From Podarcis erhardii (Eukaryota), in NCBI GenBank assembly GCA_964252035.1, contig OZ176204.1: 64,000 nt of DNA, one strand, 5' to 3'. Shown in pieces: positions 48,057-62,436 of this stretch. The first letter of the stretch is position 1, and each line of letters opens with the position of its first letter. The position numbers and the translations under genes are program-made. A model generated the notes under the pieces. It did no database searches and was not told the origin of the DNA. It was given only the letters and a program-made list of their open reading frames with translations.

Positions 48057-50983
48057 TTTTACATTCACCCTTGCTTCCAAAATCATCACAGACCTGAAAG
48101 GGCTAAACAACTTCTCTGCCTGTTGTTCTCACTTGGGAATCACGTCTGCTGGGTTGTTCTCTGGTCTTGGTTTGGTTGCATGGAATTCTTGAAAAACCTT
48201 GCTACAAAGTCCATGGCCTTTGCACCCATGAGTCTCCCTACCCCTGCAAACACACTTAGGACAATTCTGAAAGACAATATTTTCAGCATGCAAAACGATG
48301 GGTGAACCTTTTAAAAAAAAAGAAAAACTAGTTCCAGTGAAATGTTCTAGACCAGAAAGTTATTAGAAGCGAATATAGTTCATTTCTCCTTTTTATTGAA
48401 TGCTAGGAGAAGAAAGGCAATTAGGAAACCCAGTCAGGGCTAGGTTGGGATTATTTAATTTAGGGGCAGATGCCACATTTAGAGTTGCAATGCTGAAGAA
48501 ATGCTAAGAGTATGCAAGAGGTTAAAGACAAAAATGAATGACTGGCTTTTTCAAACAGCTGTGTTTCATTGTGAAAGGGTCAGATGGTGCCAAGCCAAAT
48601 AGAAAATAGGAAGGCACACAGATTTGTTAGTTTGAAGTAATTGACCACATGGTGTCCAGTGGTTTGTGTTCTCATGTTTTCTGGAGTGGACTCCCACGAG
48701 AGCTGAGGTAGGGGTTCCAATTCCTAGCACTCTATTGTTTATACTGATGGTTTCCAGATGCTGGAGACAACTACAGTGAAATCTCTGGCTAAATGCCAAA
48801 GAACGGGGGAGACGAAAGGAAAACTGAGAGCTCCCCCCCCCCATTCTGTGTTTCAAAAGATTGCACAGTTCAATTAGGAAATAAACCTCTAAACCCTTCC
48901 ATTTATAGAACTATTCACCCCTCTTTGCTCATCCTAAGTGGCATTAGGTTGCCAATGCCATTGCAGAGAGGTGAGGAGCATTGGAAAATGTCAGTGTAGT
49001 GGGCAGGATTCATCTAACCAACTCCATCTGCGGAAATCCCACAAAAGGACTTCCACTCACACAGTGGGGCTTTCCTCCGTCTCCTCCCCTCATGTCCCCC
49101 AAATTGGTTTGGTTTGGATGGGATGGTTTTGGCTGGCAAACTGCAATGCCTGCCTACCTGAAACGTTCATCATAGTGCAACGTTGAACTCCACCCTATGT
49201 ATTTTATCAGCCCACATATTTCTTGTACATGCCTTGAAACTGTACATCAAACACAGGTGTCCAGAACAAATATCTTGCACATTCATAGCAAACTCTGTTT
49301 TCTGGAGTACAATCCTTATGTAGCCAAAATGGCTCCATCCATGCGCAAAGGGGAGATTTCAACAGGCTTGGGAGAACTACAAGGTTTGCAGAAGTACCAA
49401 AAAAGGGGTTAAAGAAAACACTTCAAGAGAGAACGCCACTCCCAACAGCCCAATGATGACTGAGCATGCTCAGAATGATTAACATGGGGTGGGGGGAACG
49501 ACAGGAAACTGTGGGAAGGGAATATCCTGGAACATTCTGGAGAAGGGTCTGGGTGCTTGGCTGAAACCTTTAACAGGAGAATTCTACAGGGCACTATTTT
49601 GTTGCAAGTTCCACTTGCAAAATCTATTGTGTTTGGCTCTCAGGGCTTGGTGGTTTGTGTGAATAAAGAAAATTTCCCTTGAGCCTCAGATTATACACAT
49701 TATACCATCAAGACACGTCCATTAGAGTCTGCTTATTATTATAATGTCTTTCTGGAGATAAGAAAGTCCATGCCCTGAGGAGTTTACAATCTAAATGTTG
49801 GCAGCAACAGAGATAACAGATGAGGTGTAAGGAAGGACAGAAACGGTTACAAACAGGGGGAGGAGTGAGAGGGATAAGGGATGTAAGTTAGCAAATGCAC
49901 CTGTCTGTGGTTGGGCTTTGTTTCAAGTTGGAGGATAAGGATTCAGAGGTTAACCCAAAGGTGTTGTTAAAAAGTGGGCAATGGGAAGAGTCTTGTATGA
50001 GTTGGGATTGCAGATCAATATGAGTTCAGCAAGCTTCAAAACCCAGGTTTACTGACTTCATGCTGGACCTTTCCTGGTGCTCATGTTCACCTACTGTGAA
50101 AGGTAGTGGAAAACCCGTGTTAGGTTTGCCAATCTGGAATCCAGGTGGGGGTGAGAGGAGTCTGAGAGCATCTTGGTCATCGCTTAAAAGCAATGAGCTG
50201 CTCTGATTGAGGAACCAGGTCAGGGGACAAGATGGAATCCTGCTTGCCTCTTGTGTCGCCCGACAACTGCTAGAGTAGAAAGTGTGATACTGCTCTTTCG
50301 CCAGCTGCACCGGTGGCCCCTAAGCAGGCCAGCGGGGTCCTCTCTTTCTGGCAAGCTGCTACAATAACGGAGAGCTGGAGGTCTGGTTGCCAGAGCTCCC
50401 ACTTCAAGACCCTTGCAACCTGCACAACCACCTCCACAGCTACTTTTGCTTCTTGACTAATTGGATCTAGTCTCTGCCAGCACATCCTTTCAAATCCAAC
50501 CGTACCTTACACTTGGGAGGGGGGGAGTTAAAACTGGCCCTCCTCTGTGGGTAAATACAGGATTCCGTAGCCCCAGAGCTGTCAAAATGACACATCTCAG
50601 CAACAAGAAATTAAGTTTTACAGGGAAGGAAAACTTTTGCTTTGATCCTTCTGCTTAAACAAATGCTAGGCGCTCCTTTACCTTACAGGAAAATAAAGCC
50701 GGAAATCAGACCGTAGCTGTTGCTTTAATTAACACACAGCTAAGTCTGTTTAAACATTTGACTTCTCTCATATGTAAACATGGCCACAGATGGACATATG
50801 GCCCCACAGGGATTTTGCGGGACGTTCAAAGTATCCGAAAGGCCTCCTTCCCCAGTGTTTTCCCCAACGTCAAAAATTAACTCGTTACATAATTTCAGGT
50901 GGGCTTTGATGCGCAATACAAGATAATAAAGCAGATAAGATGCAGAACGTACAATAGAAAAGGGGGGTGTAAAGGGATTGAAT

Positions 50984-51280
50984 TATAGAATCGTAGAGTT
51001 GGAAGGGACTTCAAGGGTCCTCTAGCCCAACCCCTTGCAATGCAGGGATCTCAACTAAAGCATCTATGAGAGGTGGCCATCCAACCTCTGCTTAAAAACC
51101 TCCAGGGAAGGAGAGTCCACAACTTCCAGAGGGAGACTGTTCCACTGTCAAACAGCTCTTACTGTCAGAAAGTTTTTCCGTATGTTTAGTTGGGATCTCC
51201 TTTCCTGTAACTCGAAATTGGTTTGAGTCCTACGCTTCAGAGCAGGAGAAAACAAGCTTGTTCCCTCTTCCATGTGACAG
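50984..51280 (-). mobile_element. CR1 LINE 3' fragment
   Basis: tagaatcgtagagttggaagggacttcaagggtc...ttactgtcagaaagtttttcc; homologous to 403-659. Confidence 0.8.
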
Positions 51281-52998
51281 GATATACGGTATATTAGGGA
51301 GGTTTATTCAAAATGCTTCATGCACTGCCAGAGCATGTTCATGGGCTATGAGAGATTGTGCTCCGTTGCTCCTCCCACCAGCAAAGAGGCCCACAGCTCC
51401 CAAATGCATGGGTGGGGAAAGGGGGTTAAGGCTACATGAAAAGCCCCTCTTCATATGTACTTCCAGCACATCAGATGGTTCATGTGAACCTGTCCCAAAG
51501 TAAAATGCCAACAGGATGTAGAAAAACGACGTGATGGCATAAGGCACATCCTTCCTCCATTGTTAGTGAATTGTTGAAAACAGAGGATGAAGGCAAGGAA
51601 CAAAATTCCGCAGTAAGGAAAGCCAACTTTTGCAATTACTTACAGAATCACAGAGTTAATTACAGCAATCAAATTACTGTAAATGTGCACTGTTTGTCCC
51701 TGTTCTGATTTTCCAATTAATCTGGAGTGGGGGACCTGGATTTATTGCCCAGACATGAACTGGATCTTCCCCTTTTCACTGCTTCACGCTAATTACTGGA
51801 GGGGGGGGACCACCACATTAAGATCCCATCCATTTTGTGAGGGTCACAGGGTCGAGGGATGCCTTGGATGCTCCTGCACATGTACAGCATATTCACAGTG
51901 GCTCTGCACTGTCCGTTTTGTGGTTGAGATGTATTCCAACATTTATTTTAGAGTCCTTTTCATTTCACTGCTGCTGCACCACCATAGGCTCCAAGAGGCC
52001 CCCAAAATAGTTTTCATAAAAATGTACACACATCAGTCTGAAGCTAGTTATTTTCATTGAGAGGAAATCTCCCACTGGTGCCAGGCCTGTGACAACTTCT
52101 AGTCACTTCATGCCACAATGAGCCAGCTATGTGGATGCAGCTGGTATGTGCTGAGAGCCATCTACACTCTGTTCTTTGGCAAATTAAAACCCATCCAGGT
52201 TTAGTTTAATGCACTGACGTCAGGGTATAGTTGGGTGCCTTGCCATAGCTTGAAGCATGGACTTTGGTTTCTCCATACCTGCATATATTAAAGAGGTTGT
52301 GCACATGGACTGGTTTTTATTTTTTATTTTTGGTCATTGAGTGAAGCGTGTGTGTGCGCATGTAAGGAATTTCCTATATCGCTCACCTGCAAAAGTAATT
52401 TCAAGTCTGCTTCAAAATGGATGGCACAATTCAGACCTGCTAGCGTTTTGCCACCTTTCATATGGATAATCTAAAATGAGTCACAGTCTAGTTTTAAGGA
52501 AAACCTGGCAAAATTACAATTCTTTTATGCTTTCAACAGCTGCCAAAATACACAAGGTTTGAATTCAGAACTCTATTTTAGTTTTCTTTACTATGAAATG
52601 AGTCTGCAGTTTGGCAAATAGTTACATTCAATATTTCTCTTGCTTTCCTCTCTTTTCTGCTACTTGAAAGAGGATTAATCTCTCTACCCACCCCGTGCAG
52701 TGTAGAATAAACCCAAAGGTACTTGAAAGTGCTCCTTGTCTTCTCTTCCTGTTCTTGCTTACTATAGAAAGGGCTGAAATGTTAAATGAAAAGCTCCTTC
52801 AGTCATTCTTTTTCTATTTAAATGGAATATTGGGAAAGGGTGGTGCTGAGCTAAATGCTTTTTAACTGACACATTACTGGGAATTATTCCAGATAAAAGG
52901 ATACTGAAACCCAAGGGATCCTCTACCCCAGTCATACCCAACCTGGTGCCCCCCAGAGGTTTCAGACTACAATTCGCCTCAGCCAGCGCACCTGTAGT

Positions 52999-53451
52999 CA
53001 GTGCTTTTTTTGAGTGGGTACTCAAGGGTGGCGCTGTGGGTAAAACCACAGAGACTAGGACTTGCCAATCAGAAGGTCAGCAGTTCGAATCCCCGCGACA
53101 GGGTGAGCTCTCGTTGCTCGGTCCCTGCTCCTGCCAACCTAGCAGTTCGAAAGCACACAGTGCAAGTAGATAAATAGGTACCACTCTGGCGGGAAGGTAA
53201 ACGGTGTTTTCATGCGCTGCTCTGGTTCACCAGAAGTGGCTTCCACTTGACCTGGAAGCTCCCTCAGCCAATAAAGCGAGATGAGCGCCCAGAGTCGGTC
53301 ACGACTGGACCTAATGGTCAGGGGTCCCTTTACCTTTACTCAAGGATACACGGTACCCTTTTTATCTTTCCAAGATGTTAAAAGTGTGGCACTGACTGTA
53401 ACAACTTCATGGTGAGTACCTGCACCACCCCCCTTTTTTAAAAAAGCACTG
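52999..53451. mobile_element. hAT MITE (middle layer), TSD CCTGTAGT
   Basis: TIRs cagtgctttttt / aaaaaagcactg; TSD at 52991-52998 and 53452-53459. Confidence 0.8.
53028..53336 (+). mobile_element. Sauria SINE (inner layer), TSD TACTCAAGG
   Basis: gtggcgctgtgggtaaaaccacagag...ggtcaggggtccctttacctt; direct repeat at 53019-53027 and 53337-53345. Confidence 0.88.
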
Positions 53452-55479
53452 CCTGTAGTCCATGGTTTTGGGAGGGCCCCAGGTTGGTAAAGGCTGCTCT
53501 ACCCTCTCTAGGAAATCTGGTTTGCTTTTACAAATAATATTTTTGCCAAGCCAGAGTTCTTAATTTTTAACATTGGCCAGTGTTCAGTGCTGATAACTGG
53601 ATCCTCTCTGATAAGTTCTGCTATAAAAATCCTCCTGGCTGCTCTCAAAACCCTTTGTATGTTTCAGCCAATCAGGAGCTGCCAAATTCCAGGTTGAACT
53701 TGGTGGCTTTAGGTCTCAACAACTTCATGCGCTGCATGGGGAGATTTCTTAAGCAGCCCTGCAATTGGAACAGCAGGACGTCTGGTGCTGGTAACTGGAG
53801 AATGACATACACATGGTGTAACTTAGCTTAACAATGGCATCCATGCCTATTGTGAAACCCTGGTAGGGTGTGCGAAGCCTCTCCCACAAATTCCATTAGT
53901 CTTATCAAAGTTATTGGCTACCTTCAAAATCCCACCCCCCTTTCTTCGAAACAGGTATCCCAGCAAAGCACCCTGAAACTTCGCTTTAGGCAAAACTTGG
54001 TGTCATCTTTGCTTCTCTCCCTGACGCCACCCACCACACCTGGAGTCTAAGTTAGAGGCAGAGTGGAATTCTCTTGCTGACAGTCTTGTCTAAGTTTAAT
54101 TCTGCCATTTTAGGGAGGAGGGGGGTCCTTAAATTTAGGAGGTGCATTCTCTATTCTCACTTAATTTAAAACAAAGCCCACATATTCTTGAGACCAACTA
54201 TCCCTTTACAGGAGATTCTTGCCTAGTATGAAAAAGTTGCAAGCAGAAATTAGTCCGTTTCAGCTGCCTACTAGTCCACATTTTCACATGCAGACCATAC
54301 CTGCTGTCCTGATTAGAGCACACACACATTATTTTTTAAAAGGAGGGAAGGCGGCAGCATCCATAGTTATCCCTCTAGCATGGCTCCCTGCCGATTCCAG
54401 GCTTGTACAGCTTGTGGTCCGCCCAGCCAAACAGAGCCCACCAGCCATGTTTGGCTGTTTGTGCTGCATGCACAACAGAGAGGTTTTCATGAAACCTGGC
54501 TGGCTGCAAAACATGGCTGCTCGGTTGTGTTTAGTTTTCTGGCCAGGAGCTGGGCAGGGTGTCTGTGGTAGGGACACACTTTGAACTGACTTTGATAGGC
54601 TCCAGGCCAAGTACAAACACTCCAAAGAGCCAGGGCCAGTTAACTTTGCTATTATACTGGCACTCAGCTTAACACATCCCTCTGAGGTCCACCCCCACTG
54701 GCTGTAAATACCAGACAGGAAATGGTTCCCAGAGCTAGATAGAGAGAGACAACATCTCATTTTTCTAAAGACAGCTGACAAGAGCAGGGTCAAGAAAAGC
54801 TTAAGACTGCAGCTAACAAAACCCAGGATATAATTTCTTCTTGCTTTTCTGTTTGTTTTGTGTGTGGGTTTGTTTTTTTAAAAGCAATGGACAGGATGCA
54901 GCAAAGAGAAGCATCCCCCTGTCTTCCTTTTCCTTCGGTGACTGTCTCCTTGGGAGTTTCTCTTTGAATCACACTCGGAGAGCCAGAGTTTGTGGTCAGA
55001 AGCTTTCTCTTGTTTAGTGTTGGGTGTTGGAGCTAAGAGGAGGCAGCCGCTTGCAGTCATGAACATCTTCAGCAGACTGGAGTCACAGGCCAAGGCTGAA
55101 GACAACCCATCCTATTCCTGTCCATACCAGGGATTATAAACTGTCTTCCTTGACAACAGCCCCTTGGATTACCTTGCACGGCATACCTTCACAACTAGTG
55201 GCCCACCACCCATTATTGGATTATGAATTATGCACAGCTGCACGATGTCTCTAATTTTGCATAATTTGTTCTACAACAAAATATATGTTGTTTTGAATAT
55301 ATTGATTCTGCTTCTGCTGACTATGGGGAGAGGCAATGTGTGATGCTAAATAGTGAAGCCCCCATCTTCTGACCACTGAGAATCTTATGCAGCTGCACCC
55401 CTTTCTGGCTTCAAAGGCTTCCTGAGGCATTTGTCTTACAGCATTTGCAAGTGTATCTTCCCATCCCTAGGGACTAGAA

Positions 55480-55615
55480 CAGGCATAGGCAAACTCAGCC
55501 CTCCAGATGTTTTAGGACTACAACTCCCATCATCCCTAGCTAACAGGACCAGTGGTCAGGGATGATGGGAGCTGTAGTCCCAAAACATCTGGAGGGCCGA
55601 GTTTGCCTATGCCTG
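55480..55615. mobile_element. Young palindromic hAT MITE, TSD GACTAGAA
   Basis: 58-bp arms with about 3 mismatches; TSD at 55472-55479 and 55616-55623. Confidence 0.92.
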
Positions 55616-57870
55616 GACTAGAAAGTTGTTTCCTTTTGTAATGAAATGAAGCAGTAGTTCTAATTTTGTACCTGGTTGCGTATGTCCTATTAAATTCAGC
55701 AAGATTTACCTGTTCATACCTTCCTGCTACTCAAATGAAGTAGGAGGTCAGTTCAAGTAGTGAAAGGAATCGTGAGTTTGAATGGGTCCAGTCCATTTCC
55801 TTACTTTGATACTCTAAGATGGCGGGGGAGCTATCCAGATTTAGAAAGCCACCTACATAACTCGCTGTCATGAGCCTCCCAAGCTACTGATCTAGAACCA
55901 TCTCTTTCCCTTGTGTTAAAGGACAGAGGCAAGTCTACTGTTTATTGTATTCTGGGGATCTGCTGGCCAGCTTTAAATTAAAATTATTGTGAGAACATCT
56001 CCTCCGGACCTTGGCCGGAAGTCATAACTCCAGTTTCTTGGGAGGGGGTCACTGATCTCCGATTGCATCCAATGTAGATTTACAATTACTTTTACCTGGT
56101 AGAAGCAGGGAGACATAGAGTAGAATGGTGAGCAGTTGGGGTAAATAGTGGCTGGCTTAGGAAGCGTGCCAGCCCCTGCCACACTGATTTTGGAGATGAA
56201 TGGATGATTCTATTCTGCACCTTAATCCAGTTAGACCACATATGTGGAATCAGGCAGGAGGTCACATGCCCACGTATTTTAAAAGGTGGGTCCTTTCATG
56301 TAGAAAACTAGCAAATCAGGAAGAAGGTTTCTAGTCTAGCCAACTCCTTGGCATGGCCATTTTGTTTGCGCAAGGGAGAGTTTTTAAAATAACAATAATT
56401 ATTAGAAACATTGAAACACCTGCCCCCCACCTTACAATCTGAAATGATATAGCTGAGCAATATATAAAAATGATCATATGTTCCAGCTCTTGGCAAGTAT
56501 TTACAGAGTCCTAGAATCTCTGGACAGCATGAGCTACAGTTGCATTATTTTTTTATTTTTATTTTTTTTACACAGGGAAAGAGGGAAGTATTTCTTATAT
56601 GAGGTCTTCTTTTTCTTTCTTTCTTTTCACTCCATTCTATCTGTGTGGGCTGGAAGTGATGGTGTGGTTTCTCTTTTTCTTTCCTCTCTCTCTCTCCCCC
56701 CTCCCCACCCCCGCTTTTTTACTTTTCCTGAACACTTGCTCTGTTTTTGATCAAACAAGAGAGAAAGGGGCCTGAGCTGAATAGAGCTCTGTTTCTGTCC
56801 TTCAAGATGGTTTCTCATCTTGCAGTAAGAGTATGTGTGGAGGCATTAAAGAGAAGACAGCTGCACCAGAAAACCCCAGTAACCCTCAAAGCTTCCTGCC
56901 TCTTTCTTTCCTGAGCAGGCATGTAGGGAGGTGGGAGCTCACCAGACAAACGGACATCTATGTTCCCATTTAGCCAAGAAGACAACACAGCTGCCAAGTT
57001 TTAAGAATGCCACAGAGAGGCTGAGATAAACAGTGCTGGGAACTTCACAGCGGATGATCCTGTCCCCCCCCTCCCCATTCTATGGCTAGGTCTTAAGGGA
57101 CAAATGGATACTAACAGCAGAGGGGAAAGTACCATGGGTTCAATGCTTCAGTTTTGAGAGAGATCCAGAAGCATATACAAACTGAAGTCTAAGCATGAGT
57201 TGTTGGCATGAAATCTTATTTGTACCATCCAACCTTGGGCTTAAAATAAGGTAAATAGGCTGTTTAGAGCCTTGGTCAGATGTACTGGCAATTTCACTTG
57301 TTCCACGCCTCTCTTTCAATATGGATACGGGTTACAGGTTAGGGAGATTTTCAGTACATGGACTAAACTGGTGGATAGGAAGAAGAGAGAGGGTGTGAAT
57401 GAGCTCAAGGCTCACCATGGCATTGAGCTCACCGAGTTGCATCTGACCAAGCACTAAAATGTCCAGAGAATCAAGGACATCTGGGTGACACATTGAGCTG
57501 ATAATTCTTCTCTGGCCTTGAGAACTGCAGAACTGGAAAAGAAGGTTGCAAGCTATGCCATTAAAAAAAGGGACCGTCCAGTACTGAGAGACTGCTGTCA
57601 TTTCTGACACATAGCTTCTCCTTCTTCCTGTAGAAGGAACCCCAGTTGAATCAGAAGCCTCATGGTCTGAGGCTGGGAACTAGTCTGTGTATCTGGACGC
57701 AGAGGGATCTGGGGAGAAGAAGAGTAAAAGGGGCAACATTGTTTTCTGTGATTGGCAATATTGACTGACCAGGCTTGGAATAATATTGCGGTCAAACTAA
57801 GATTGGCAAATCTGCAGATCTCTGTTTCTTGTTCTTCCAGTCTTAAATTCAGTTATCTGCATTTCAGGAT

Positions 57871-58300
57871 CATAAGAACATAAGAAAACCCTGCTAGGTC
57901 AAGCTAATGGCCCGGGTGGTCCAGCGTCCTGCTCTCACAGTGGCCAAACCATGCCTGTGGGAAACCTCATAAGCAGGACCTAAGGACAATAGCATTCTCC
58001 CTAACTGTGATTCTCAGCAGCTGGTATTCAGAGACATATTGTCTCCAACAGTGGAAATAAAACATAGCCATCAGGGTTAGCAGTCACTAATAGCCTTATT
58101 CTCAATGAATGTCTACTTTTTAAAAGCCATCTGAGCTGACTGTCATCACTACATTTTGCAGGAGAGAATGCTACAGTTTTAACTATGCACCGTGGGGGAA
58201 AGTGCATTTTTTCTTTTGGTCTGTCCTGAATCTTCCAGAATTCAGCTTCATTAGTTGTCCCCAAATTCTGGTGTTATGAGAGAGGGAGAAAAACTTCAAG
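57871..58300 (-). mobile_element. CR1 LINE 3' fragment, (CATAAGAA)n-tail family
   Basis: Starts cataagaacataagaa; minus frames give ...GRFRTDQKKKCTF... and ...RCIVKT..., similar to the CR1 RT C-terminus. Confidence 0.8.
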
Positions 58301-59164
58301 TTGCATAAACAAACAAACAAACAAACAAACTTCTCATGAAAAGTTTGGCCCATGTAGCCAAAAAGGTTTCCCGCCTTTTTGCACATAGGGCTCCTCTACA
58401 TAAGGAGGCGGGGAAATTCTGATTGTCCTTATTATGTTTTAAGTTTAGCCTCTGCAGCTAACTTATTGTACTTCAGTGCAACACATTTGGCCTGCAATAA
58501 ACCTTTTCACCTCCTGGTTTTTGAATGTCTGCAACTGCTAGGGGAGTTGAGTTAGGGAACTCTGCATGGATCTGCCAAACAAACAAACAAATACAGGATG
58601 TCAACTTTGCTTAATGACCTCTAATTGCTCCAGAGAGCCAGAATAGTGGCAGGAGGCTGATGTGCTTAATATGCATGCTTGCTATAATACTTAAGATGCC
58701 ATATAGGTATTCGTCCATGAAGCTTCTCTATGAGAGGTCCACAGAATGTAAAATACATTGCACTGATTTTTTTGTTTTTAATGTTGGCCCTCTTTCATTT
58801 CTTGGATAAGCTTAAGCTAAGGGTCTTAGAGCCTTTGCTAGAGTTAGGAATCTCTCTTCGCCACAGGAAAGGGAGCGCCTTATTTGAGGTTATACAAGTA
58901 GGAATAGAAAGAAACCAGCAATGCATGGACTCCTCTGTCCAGCTTTAACCATAAAGCCAAACGTCCCAAGGTCTGCAGATGTGGGTTTTAGAAGAAAGCC
59001 TGGGGGATTTTGTTTTAATATTCTTAATATTCCCTTAGTTCTGTGGAGGAAGGGTGTGATACAGATGTGGTTGACAGAATAAAATCTGAGCAAAACACAT
59101 GTGGAAGAGCAAATGCCCTGATTCTGCGAGAGAATTCTGCGCATGGAGTCAGGCTCCCATGCAT

Positions 59165-59225
59165 CTGATTGGCCACTGTGAGAACAAGATGCTGGATTAG
59201 ATGGGTCTTATATTCTGATCTTATG
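59165..59225 (+). mobile_element. CR1 tail fragment
   Basis: attggccactgtgagaacaagatgctggattagatggg. Confidence 0.55.
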
Positions 59226-61564
59226 GAAGAAATGGAAGAACCGTGATGACACAGGGGTGGTATATGAATATAAGCAATATGGAATGTGCAAAAAAGGGGG
59301 AAACCACTCCTTTGAAATTCAACTAGCCTCAACCAATTTAGCTTTTCTTGGTGTGCACCATATGTATTACCTCCAGATTCACCTAAAATGTAGCTTTTAG
59401 GCAAACTTCAGCTGCATCTGTAATAAATATTGATGTGAACTGGCAGCAAGGGTGGGGGAGAATCTTCATAAGCTGGTTTATCTGAAACAGTTGTGCCATT
59501 GCCCTACACACATGCTTCTATTTTCATCCATCTCCAGGAACTTGTGGTTATTTACTGGAAACCCAGCCTGGAAGGCCCTGCTTGTGCAACGAGGTCCATT
59601 AAGGACCTCAGGGGATAAGTATTGCCAAACAACGTGATGCTGAGGAACAGGAAGAGAACCCAAACAAAATAGGCTTCTCCAAAGTCTCTCTGGCTAAATA
59701 TTTATATCAGAGTCATTTTTTAAAAACAGAACATTTGTCCCACAAAGGGCTTGCAGGTAATCCTATAGATTCAACTAGCCTCCACTTACTGGAGTGGGAA
59801 TTTATATTTGAACAAACAGATGTGAGTGTTTTTTAAGCCTGTGGGGACAATAAAGCAGGCTGGAAGGCCCTTAATTGTTCAGAAATTCCAACAGTTAAAA
59901 AAGGAAAGCTGGCCAACTTTTCATGGTAAGAAGCCAAGCAATGCCATATGGCTTTTGGTACCCAAAAACGGGCCACACCAGCAAAAATGCCAGAGAGCAG
60001 CCGTGTTTGGGGAAGATGTAGGAATGTGTATTTACCCAGGTGGCTGCCTAATGAAAATACTATTTAATTCCTCAGTCAAATTCCAACTGGCATTGCAGGG
60101 ATCAGAATTCATTTTAGCTTAATTCAATTACCTTGCATAAACCTGAAGAGATCCCCCACAGCCACCAATTGCACCAGCAACCCTTTCCCCAAGCACTGCT
60201 GTTAGAGCTTTGTTGTGCTTGACAATCTCTGACAGCCCTAGCAGTTGATCTTGCCCACCTTCTTTTCAAAAAAACTATGAGGAAGCTTAGGGAACCAGCT
60301 CCAATCCTCATCCCTACCCACCAAGAATTGCACAGGTAAATATAATTTATTTTCCCCAGCAGCACTCAGTGGGGCCCCTGGCTTCCTGATGCTGAGTATT
60401 GCTGCCTCTTGCCAAGAGAGGGAAGCATGAGACATGGGGAGTTCTGCTGCAGCACCTGCACCGCACTGAGCTCCAGGCACCTCAGCACTTTCCCTCTTGG
60501 TAAGTTACAGCAACACTTGGCGTCAGGAAGACAAGCATGCAATGCCAGCCTGTCCCGCCATCCGCTGCTCACTTCTATTTATATTCTAGAAACGAACATA
60601 TAACTCCTAACAGTGGAGTAGGAGAGCTGGGGGGTGGGGATCACATCTGGCAACCAATGTGCCCCTTTGGCTTCAGATAGTACATGGGTAGATGAGTCTA
60701 AAAAGCCCGGGGCACAAATTTTCACAGCCCTCATTTCATTTCATCTCATAGAAATTTTGGTTTCCATAAGAAAATGGTGGTGGATGAGTCTTGCTCTCAG
60801 TCCATCAGGTCAAGCATTTTAATACTTTTTGACATGTCGACACTAGCCTGGAGCCCAGATACTTCCTTAAATAATGAACTGCTACCATCTGCATCATCTG
60901 CAAATGGACCATTATAGCTTTTTAATAAAGTATACATATCTCAAGAGCAGTGTGCTTCAAGGATTCTCTTGTTTCCTGAATGACTCTCCCTTTTAAAGTT
61001 TGGCAAACTATTGTCGGTATCTTTATTTAATGAAGAAACATGGAACCAATTGTCTATATATGTGTGTCTGTAAATTATTACAGAACAGCTGGTCTAGGAG
61101 CTTGCTGGCTTTGTAACAGACATATTTTAACTATTTCTTTTTTTTCTATTAAACATAAAAAGACTTACAGTCAACCCAATCATATGCAGAGCTAGATACT
61201 CCTAAGCTGTCTGAAATCAATGGGCTTTGGTACTCTTCACTCTTCATAGGAGAAGGCAGTAAGTTTTCGATTGGCTTGTCCAAATGCTAAGCAAAATATC
61301 TTAAACAGCGGAAATAAATATATATATATATATATGCTGGAAAGTCTGCAATTATAAACAGACAAATCTGCAGACTGTACAAATTTTTTTTGCTAGCAAC
61401 AAGTTTGGATGCCATACAGGTAGCTGATTCAATGATGGCATATTTCAAGCACCCAAAACATGTTCACAAAGCAGCTATTTGGAAGATATTGGTTTACAAT
61501 TCCCCTGCACCTCTGCATCACCAGCTGCTGCATATCCTACTGTACGCCCAGTTGCCGCCACTGC

Positions 61565-61727
61565 CACTGGTGGAGGAAGGGGGGTGCGGTGGATGCGGTC
61601 CACCCTGGGTGTCATCCCTGAGGAGGGGTGACGTCGCCGCGCCACCCCCCCCCCCCCGGGACACTCTCTCCCCCCCCCCACAATATGCATGCCGCTCCGG
61701 GTGCTGGAGCAGCTAGCTCCGCCTCTG
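61565..61727. mobile_element. GC-rich hAT-type MITE, TSD GCCACTGC
   Basis: Termini cactggtggagg / ctccgcctctg; TSD at 61557-61564 and 61728-61735. Confidence 0.75.
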
Positions 61728-62436
61728 GCCACTGCCACAGTGCATTACACTCAAAGTGCCATCATGGCAATTGTGGCAGCAGAGCAGTGGTAGAGGATAA
61801 TGATAGGGGATTGGTCTAAGGCAACCTGGGACAAGAAGGGAGCCAGTAGTCAATATATCCAAAAGTGTCTTAGGAGGGTTTCTTTTAGTTTAGTGACATA
61901 ATACATCCCATTGCTCCTTCCCAGCTTCTTTGAGGGGATTGTGACACTGCCCCTTCTTCTCTCGTTGGATTGTGATAAAGAGTTCACCATGCAATGCAAT
62001 AGCTCTACTTTATAAAGAGAGCAGCCATCATGTATGAAACCAACACTGCTGCACAGAATTGTGAAACAAACCATTGCTGAATCCTTATAGGAAATCTACC
62101 CTTTCTTAACACCAAACTATGGATTGAGTTTAGGCAATGCTTTGGGAAATGTGAAAATGTCATTTATTCTTTTCTTCCATATATTGGGTCACTGAATTAT
62201 TTCTTATGAAGTAATTCCTTTTCTTTTCCTCTCCCCTCACCTCCTCTCCCCTGGAGTGATCTCAACTTCTTCTATACTGCTGACTCACCCAGTTAACATC
62301 AACAAGCTGACAATATTTATTGAATATTGCACTTACGAAATGCTCTAAGCATCAAGGAGCTTCTACACAGTGAAGACAAACCATTTATGTTTTATTTACT
62401 TATTTGCACCACTTATATCCTGCACTTTTAACACAC

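Larger units (their letters stand above)
52933..53497. mobile_element. Palindromic MITE (outer layer of a nest)
   Basis: Left arm ccaacctggtgccccccagaggtttcagactacaa; right arm tgtagtccatggttttgggagggccccaggttggtaaaggctgc. Confidence 0.6.

Noticed and set aside
61540-61760. GC-rich patch as a CpG-island promoter of ZCCHC24
   Set aside because: Bounded by an 8-bp TSD and TIR-like ends, so it is a MITE.
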